Assembly: GCA_964520225.1 (NCBI GenBank)
Contig: CAZFNV010000005.1
Location: 1 to 56,999 of the forward strand
Length of the DNA stretch: 56,999 bases
Source of the DNA: an uncultured Candidatus Saccharibacteria bacterium
GTDB taxonomy: Bacteria > Patescibacteriota > Minisyncoccia > Phycocordibacterales > UBA9973
Direction: 5' to 3'
Position numbers and translations under genes: made by a program. This document shows positions 52,699 through 56,999 of the stretch, one piece after another. Positions within the stretch are counted from its first letter, which is position 1. The number at the start of each line of letters is the position of its first letter. The notes under the pieces are model-generated. The model saw nothing but the letters and a program-made list of their open reading frames with translations. It was not told where the DNA came from and ran no database searches.

Positions 52699-53232
52699 CT
52701 ACACCATTCTATACATTTTAACAAAATAAGCAACCAGAGCTCCAAGCACAAAACCACCTAAAATATCCATGGGAAAATGCACTCCGGCAGAAATTCGGGC
52801 CAAGCCTATAATCACAGCCGAGAATATAAACCACCGCCCGATTTTTTTATGTAAAAGATATATTGAAACAGCAAGCGCCATAAATAGTGTAGAGTGCCCA
52901 GATGGAAAAGCAAATCCTGTTTCAGGGATGAGAGAGGTCACTCCCGGTAAAGAAATAAATGGCCTTTCAATATGTATTAAAAGTTTTAATATCGCGCCCA
53001 AAACCCAAGCAAAGCCGGCTGTTATAAACACTAGCAGTATTTCCTTTTTCTTATGCAAGAAAACTTGATAGGGGTTTTCCGCCCGAAAAACTTCATGGTG
53101 AAAAAGAAGGAATAGCCCCGCCAGAATGACAACTAAATAAGGCCAATAAACTGCCAAAAAAACAATGACCCCATCGATAATGGAATTCTGGTGTGCGAAA
53201 TTATAGAAAAAATAAAATATGGCTTCGTTCAT
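52699..53232 (-). CDS. PAP2 family phosphatase (undecaprenyl-diphosphatase-like)
   Basis: KLLIHIERPF, PSGHS and SAGVHFPMD motifs. Confidence 0.75.
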   Translation of the reverse strand: MNEAIFYFFYNFAHQNSIIDGVIVFLAVYWPYLVVILAGLFLLFHHEVFRAENPYQVFLHKKKEILLVFITAGFAWVLGAILKLLIHIERPFISLPGVTSLIPETGFAFPSGHSTLFMALAVSIYLLHKKIGRWFIFSAVIIGLARISAGVHFPMDILGGFVLGALVAYFVKMYRMV

Positions 53233-53246
53233 ATTAATACATTATC

Positions 53247-54080
53247 TCACTGAATCCGCCCCTGCGCCACTTGGAGTACATTCTTAAAGAGCATCGCCAC
53301 AGTAATCGGCCCAACGCCACCTGGAGTCGGTGTAATAAAACTTGCTTTATCTTTTATAGATTCCATATCTACATCTCCCACTATCGAACCATTTTCTTCT
53401 GAGGTTCCGGCATCTATGATCACCGCCCCATCTTTTATCATGTCGCCGTTTATATACTTACCTTGGCCCAGACCCGAGATTATAACATCAGCAGATTTTA
53501 GAAGCTCATTTTTGTTCTCGGTCGCTCGAGTTACTACATCGAGAGACAGACCCCTAAATTTGAGCAATGCGCTCACGGGAGAACCCACCAGAACCCCCTG
53601 CCCCAGAATAAGTATTTTTTTATTTTGCAACTCAAGTCCGAGTGAATCTAGGGCATGAGCACAGGCAAGCGCTGTAGGATAACCGATTTGATTTTCATTA
53701 TCGTAGAACTTACCACTCGCCACACTGCCTAAACAGTCTACATCGAGCTCGGGCAGAATAGCATCGAGCACCTTCTGCCTATCTAAATGCGCAGGTAGTG
53801 GCAACTGGACTATGATACCGCACATGTTCTCCACCTTGTTAAGCTTTTGTATCTCCGCCACCAGCTCATCAGTAGTGATTGTTTCTGGAAATTGAGCGCG
53901 ATGAAATTTAAAACCCAGAGATTCCGCTGTCCGAGCTTTTATATTCACATATTGCACCGATGCGGGATCGTTGCCCACCAAGACATCACAAAAAACTGGC
54001 ACAAATGGCAAGCCGGCCACTTGAGCTTTTACTGATTCCAAAATTTCTTTACCTATTTTCCGTCCATCTATAATTTGCAT
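53247..54080 (-). CDS. folD: Bifunctional methylenetetrahydrofolate dehydrogenase/cyclohydrolase
   Basis: MQIIDGRKI..., VQLPLP, GRS-type Rossmann region and TPTPGGVGPITVAML. Confidence 0.9.
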   Translation of the reverse strand: MQIIDGRKIGKEILESVKAQVAGLPFVPVFCDVLVGNDPASVQYVNIKARTAESLGFKFHRAQFPETITTDELVAEIQKLNKVENMCGIIVQLPLPAHLDRQKVLDAILPELDVDCLGSVASGKFYDNENQIGYPTALACAHALDSLGLELQNKKILILGQGVLVGSPVSALLKFRGLSLDVVTRATENKNELLKSADVIISGLGQGKYINGDMIKDGAVIIDAGTSEENGSIVGDVDMESIKDKASFITPTPGGVGPITVAMLFKNVLQVAQGRIQ

Positions 54081-54121
54081 TTTACTTTATGAACTTTGTA
54101 ACCTTATAACTTTACACTTTT

Positions 54122-55279
54122 TTATATTCCTAAAAATTCATTTTTCATATCATCACGATGTGCCGACCTGCTATATCTCTTCATGCTCATAAGTATTCCT
54201 AAGCCCATGAACTCAGCGAGCAAGTGCGAACCTCCGTAGCTCATAAATGGTAATGGAATACCCGTGATAGGCAACATCCCCAAGTTCATACCCACATTGA
54301 CGAATATATGGCTCATGAAGAATATAGCCATACCCATCCCGAAGAGCATCTCGAAATTCGAAGCGCCGAGTGACGCTATCTCTAGAATACGAGAAATGAC
54401 TAGAAAGTAAAGTATAAGGATGATGAGTGACCCTATCATGCCCCACTCTTCTGCAAAAGCCGCAAAAATAAAGTCTGACTGTGGCTCTGGTAGAAATTTT
54501 AATCGCGACTGTGTGCCGAAGCCGAGGCCCTTACCCAGAGCTTGCCCGCTTCCTACAGCAACAGTGGACTGAAACGCGTTATAACCAGAACCGTGAATAT
54601 CAGCAAGAGGGTTTAAGAAGTTGATGATTCTCGCCTTTTGATACGGAGCGAATACGAACAGCCACAGCATCAGAAAAGCCACTGCCCCAGCCAAGAAAAC
54701 TAGAGCAAGATGTTTTTTAGAAATTCCAGACACCAGCACCATGCCGAGCCATATGCAAAATATTATTATGGTCGAGCCGAAGTCTGGCTGGAGTAGCACC
54801 AGGACTAACGGCACCAGCGCATAGAAAAAAGATATAAAGATATGTTTGACATCCCGTATCTCCACGTGCCGGCGTGAAAAATATTTCGCAAGAATTAGCA
54901 CCAGCGCAAGCTTCATCATATCAGCCGGCTGAAATGAGAAAAACCCTAGGTCAAACCAGCTCTGCGCGCCGTGAGAAATTTTACCGACCACAAATAGTAA
55001 AAGTAATATGAGGGAGAGCGTAGAGAAAATAAAAACCAAGACATATGTATTCTTCAGAAACCCAAAATCAATAAAAGAAAATATAAAAAATACAGCGAAA
55101 CATATAGCGACCCAGATGATTTGACGCTCAGCAAAGTCCGCCTGCCCTTCTGTACCCGTAAAAGACTTCATAGTTACTAGCCCCGCGCTCACGATAGGAA
55201 TAATGTATAGCACTAGCAACCAGTCGGTCGTGAAGCGTAGTTTCTTTATAAAATCCACGAATGAGTGAACCAGAGTCAT
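54122..55279 (-). CDS. SEDS family protein FtsW/RodA
   Basis: 385 aa with about 10 TM segments; SGYNAFQSTVAVGSGQALGKGLGFG. Confidence 0.85.
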   Translation of the reverse strand: MTLVHSFVDFIKKLRFTTDWLLVLYIIPIVSAGLVTMKSFTGTEGQADFAERQIIWVAICFAVFFIFSFIDFGFLKNTYVLVFIFSTLSLILLLLFVVGKISHGAQSWFDLGFFSFQPADMMKLALVLILAKYFSRRHVEIRDVKHIFISFFYALVPLVLVLLQPDFGSTIIIFCIWLGMVLVSGISKKHLALVFLAGAVAFLMLWLFVFAPYQKARIINFLNPLADIHGSGYNAFQSTVAVGSGQALGKGLGFGTQSRLKFLPEPQSDFIFAAFAEEWGMIGSLIILILYFLVISRILEIASLGASNFEMLFGMGMAIFFMSHIFVNVGMNLGMLPITGIPLPFMSYGGSHLLAEFMGLGILMSMKRYSRSAHRDDMKNEFLGI

Positions 55280-56061
55280 TACTTTAGCTTAGCGTCAAAT
55301 ACATTGAAGAGAGGAATTATTTCTTTCGTAACCACTTCACCCTGAAAGCCGAGTGGCCAAGTGAATGACACCACCCGCGCCTCTTCACCGGAAAAATTCT
55401 CGATGTATGTTTGGCTTGTGCCTATAGCGTTACCCAGGCTGTCATAGAGTATGGCTACTACATTTACATTTGGAATATTGAAAAGTGAAGCATTCTTTAG
55501 AGTAGCAGAGAGACGTGGCTTGTCTGCCTCGCCCTCGAGCATTACACTTGAAGTGAGTATTTTGAGTTGATTGATCTTGTCTGACGACACCTTTACCCAG
55601 TCCGGCGTACTAGTAAATTCAAAAGTTGTATATACTGGCACCGAGTTTCCTAGATCTATAGCTGGCTCAAATACGGCGAAGTTGCCCGAAGGTGGAATAA
55701 ATGTTACACCCTCGCGCTTGCCTATGTATATATTGTTGCTATCGGCAAAACGGAAACGGTATGAAATTTTATTAACCGCAGAATCTTGGTTGTGATTCTC
55801 GAGATACGCGACTGCGTTGTAGCGCCCCGGAACAACCTCGAATGCGCGCGACCAGAGTATTGACACGGGATCCGTCTCAGCGATGCAAGCCCGCGGGCAA
55901 ACACCGCCACAGTCTACCCCCGTTTCAGTGCCATTCTGCACACGGTCAGCGCAGGTAGGCTCACGATTCAAATATGGATAAGCAATTAAAAAACCTAGTC
56001 CAGAAATTACAATCAAAAGTATAAATAAATCCAAAATCTGCCGTTTAAAAGCCCAAGTCAT
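55279..56061 (-). CDS. Hypothetical anchored protein with a Cys-rich segment
   Basis: The ATG at 56061 (MTWAFKRQ) is preferred. Contains CADRVQNGTETGVDCGGVCPRAC. Confidence 0.45.
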   Translation of the reverse strand: MTWAFKRQILDLFILLIVISGLGFLIAYPYLNREPTCADRVQNGTETGVDCGGVCPRACIAETDPVSILWSRAFEVVPGRYNAVAYLENHNQDSAVNKISYRFRFADSNNIYIGKREGVTFIPPSGNFAVFEPAIDLGNSVPVYTTFEFTSTPDWVKVSSDKINQLKILTSSVMLEGEADKPRLSATLKNASLFNIPNVNVVAILYDSLGNAIGTSQTYIENFSGEEARVVSFTWPLGFQGEVVTKEIIPLFNVFDAKLK

Positions 56062-56100
56062 GTAGGTAGTATAGCAGAAATTTTCGCCCAGAAATAGTGT

Positions 56101-56129
56101 GAGGCCGGGTCCCGAAGGACTCCGGCCTC
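56101..56129 (-). terminator. GC hairpin after the small GC-rich ORF
   Basis: GAGGCCGGGTCC-cgaa-GGACTCCGGCCTC, with one mismatch. Confidence 0.45.
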
Positions 56130-56173
56130 TGGCCACACTCTACGCCTTAGGCGGAACGTGACAGCTGATCTTG

Positions 56174-56431
56174 CTAGTGGAGGTGCGCGCGACGTTCGCG
56201 CGCCGCCACCCGAATTTCTCGGATCTCATCGGGTGGCAAGACTTGTCTCGCCTTCCTCTTTCTTTCCTCATCCCGCCGAGACTTCCGACGGGCGCGCTGG
56301 TCGCGGGCCCACAGGATGAACCTCTCCCATGGGTCGATGCCGGTCAAAAACAACACCAGCATCCTAACCCAGACCAGAGCTAGGCCCACCACCACCAACC
56401 AGAACGCAACCACCATGCGGTCAAACAACAT
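56174..56431 (-). CDS. SD-led small membrane protein (85 aa) in a GC-rich islet
   Basis: AAGGAGGTGGGTCCA precedes the ATG at 56431. The product has one or two TM segments (MLFDRMVVAFWLVVVGLALVWVRMLVLFLTG) and then an Arg/Lys/Glu-rich tail. Confidence 0.4.
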   Translation of the reverse strand: MLFDRMVVAFWLVVVGLALVWVRMLVLFLTGIDPWERFILWARDQRARRKSRRDEERKRKARQVLPPDEIREIRVAARERRAHLH

Positions 56432-56454
56432 TGGACCCACCTCCTTCTGTTTAT

Positions 56455-56483
56455 ATTATATACCAAATAAAACAAAAAGTCAA
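56455..56483 (-). promoter_or_regulatory. Consensus sigma70-type promoter for the 56431 ORF
   Basis: On the minus strand: TTGACT-N17-TATAAT. The -35 box is embedded in the 18-nt perfect palindrome GTCAAGCTTAAGCTTGAC (56479-56496). Confidence 0.6.
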
Positions 56484-56485
56484 GC

Positions 56486-56746
56486 TTAAGCTTGACGGCG
56501 GATTTGTTCCTTTTTTATTGTTTCTATCAAGTCTATGGTGGTCAGGTATTCTTTGGCTATTCGTTCCCTATCGCTAGAGAGCGATATATTGTCCAGACGT
56601 TCTTTGAATATCAGATCATTTTCCTGCCTCACCAGTAGGTCGCGCAAGTCTTCTGCCTTACGAAGTGTTTTCTGCAATTCTTCGCTATCCATTTCCTGGA
56701 GCGCCTTTTGGCGATCCAGAGAATTGTCAGCTTGTTTTGCTTTCAT
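56486..56746 (-). CDS. Hypothetical coiled-coil protein
   Basis: 86 aa from the ATG at 56746, charged and helical. Confidence 0.4.
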   Translation of the reverse strand: MKAKQADNSLDRQKALQEMDSEELQKTLRKAEDLRDLLVRQENDLIFKERLDNISLSSDRERIAKEYLTTIDLIETIKKEQIRRQA

Positions 56747-56811
56747 AAAATTAACCTCACCTAGGCCTACCAATAAATAATACCGTGCTCACACTAGGTG
56801 TCAATCCCCCG

Positions 56812-56834
56812 CTGACAAGGCTAAACCTTGTCAG
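56812..56834. terminator. Terminator hairpin
   Basis: CTGACAAGG-ctaaa-CCTTGTCAG, overlapping the stop codon of the partial upstream ORF. Confidence 0.5.
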
Positions 56835-56999
56835 TTACTTTGGATCTCGCAATGATTGCTAAGCTAGCCAGAACATAGAGCACGCTCACCCACTTGAACA
56901 CCTGCTCTGGGTAAGGAGAAAATAGATCTCCTGCCCCAGGCTCGGGATAAAAAATAAAAAGTAGAGTTGCGATAGGAATAAACCATTTTGCAAATTTTT
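56821..56999 (-). CDS. 3' end of a membrane-protein gene running off the right edge
   Basis: Open frame ...KFAKWFIPIATLLFIFYPEPGAGDLFSPYPEQVFKWVSVLYVLASLAIIARSKVTDKV*, with no start inside the window. Confidence 0.35.
   Translation of the reverse strand, partial: KFAKWFIPIATLLFIFYPEPGAGDLFSPYPEQVFKWVSVLYVLASLAIIARSKVTDKV

Noticed and set aside
1-56999. CRISPR arrays
   Set aside because: No series of regularly spaced direct repeats of 24-40 nt was seen. The only long exact repeat is the two-copy 41-mer, whose copies are 3.6 kb apart.
1-56999. Alternative genetic code (UGA as sense, as in SR1/Gracilibacteria)
   Set aside because: RF2 is present. Long ORFs are uninterrupted under code 11, and at least some genes terminate in TGA (for example 2709-2711).

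Overview
The window reads as a chromosomal segment of a small-genome, AT-leaning bacterium of the Candidate Phyla Radiation / Patescibacteria type. That assignment is an inference from a divergent 16S 5' end, promoters placed 6-9 nt from ATG with almost no Shine-Dalgarno sites, and the gene content.

Backbone: it starts with a partial 16S rRNA (minus strand). The rest is mostly minus-strand housekeeping: mscL, secG, RNase J, cyclophilin, two thiol-disulfide oxidoreductase clusters, pyrG, ftsEX, a short prfB, dapF, a zur-ZIP metal operon, gatCA, htpX, lemA, secDF, folD and ftsW/rodA. There are six tRNA genes.

Stand-out regions:
1. A visibly AT-rich island of about 12.6 kb (about 14.2-26.8 kb) abuts tRNA-Gln. 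It carries a large serine recombinase, a pC194-like HUH rolling-circle Rep and a GC hairpin.
 - Its cargo is defence-like. It includes an XRE-Panacea/RelE-like toxin-antitoxin pair.
 - Two convergent modules share the logic 'ParB-fold protein + nuclease + N6-adenine methyltransferase'. One is split over three genes with a Dam-class methylase. The other is a DUF262-HNH fusion with an M.EcoRI-family methylase.
 - Two unknown genes (a TM-TPR protein and a 359-aa protein) lie upstream in the same gene string.
 - The three-gene module plus a DUF559-like gene is bracketed by a 41-bp perfect direct repeat with a conserved A/T hairpin.
2. tRNA-Asp(GUC) is interrupted in the anticodon loop by a group I intron (Azoarcus-like IC3 core) of about 214 nt. 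A free-standing double-motif LAGLIDADG gene abuts and overlaps its 5' exon.
3. Several GC-rich islets carry strong SD-led small ORFs and GC hairpins in an otherwise SD-poor genome. One of them (about 330 nt, next to tRNA-Gln) could instead be a structured RNA that I cannot classify.

No CRISPR array was seen. All functional calls rest on motif recognition by eye. No database search was run.
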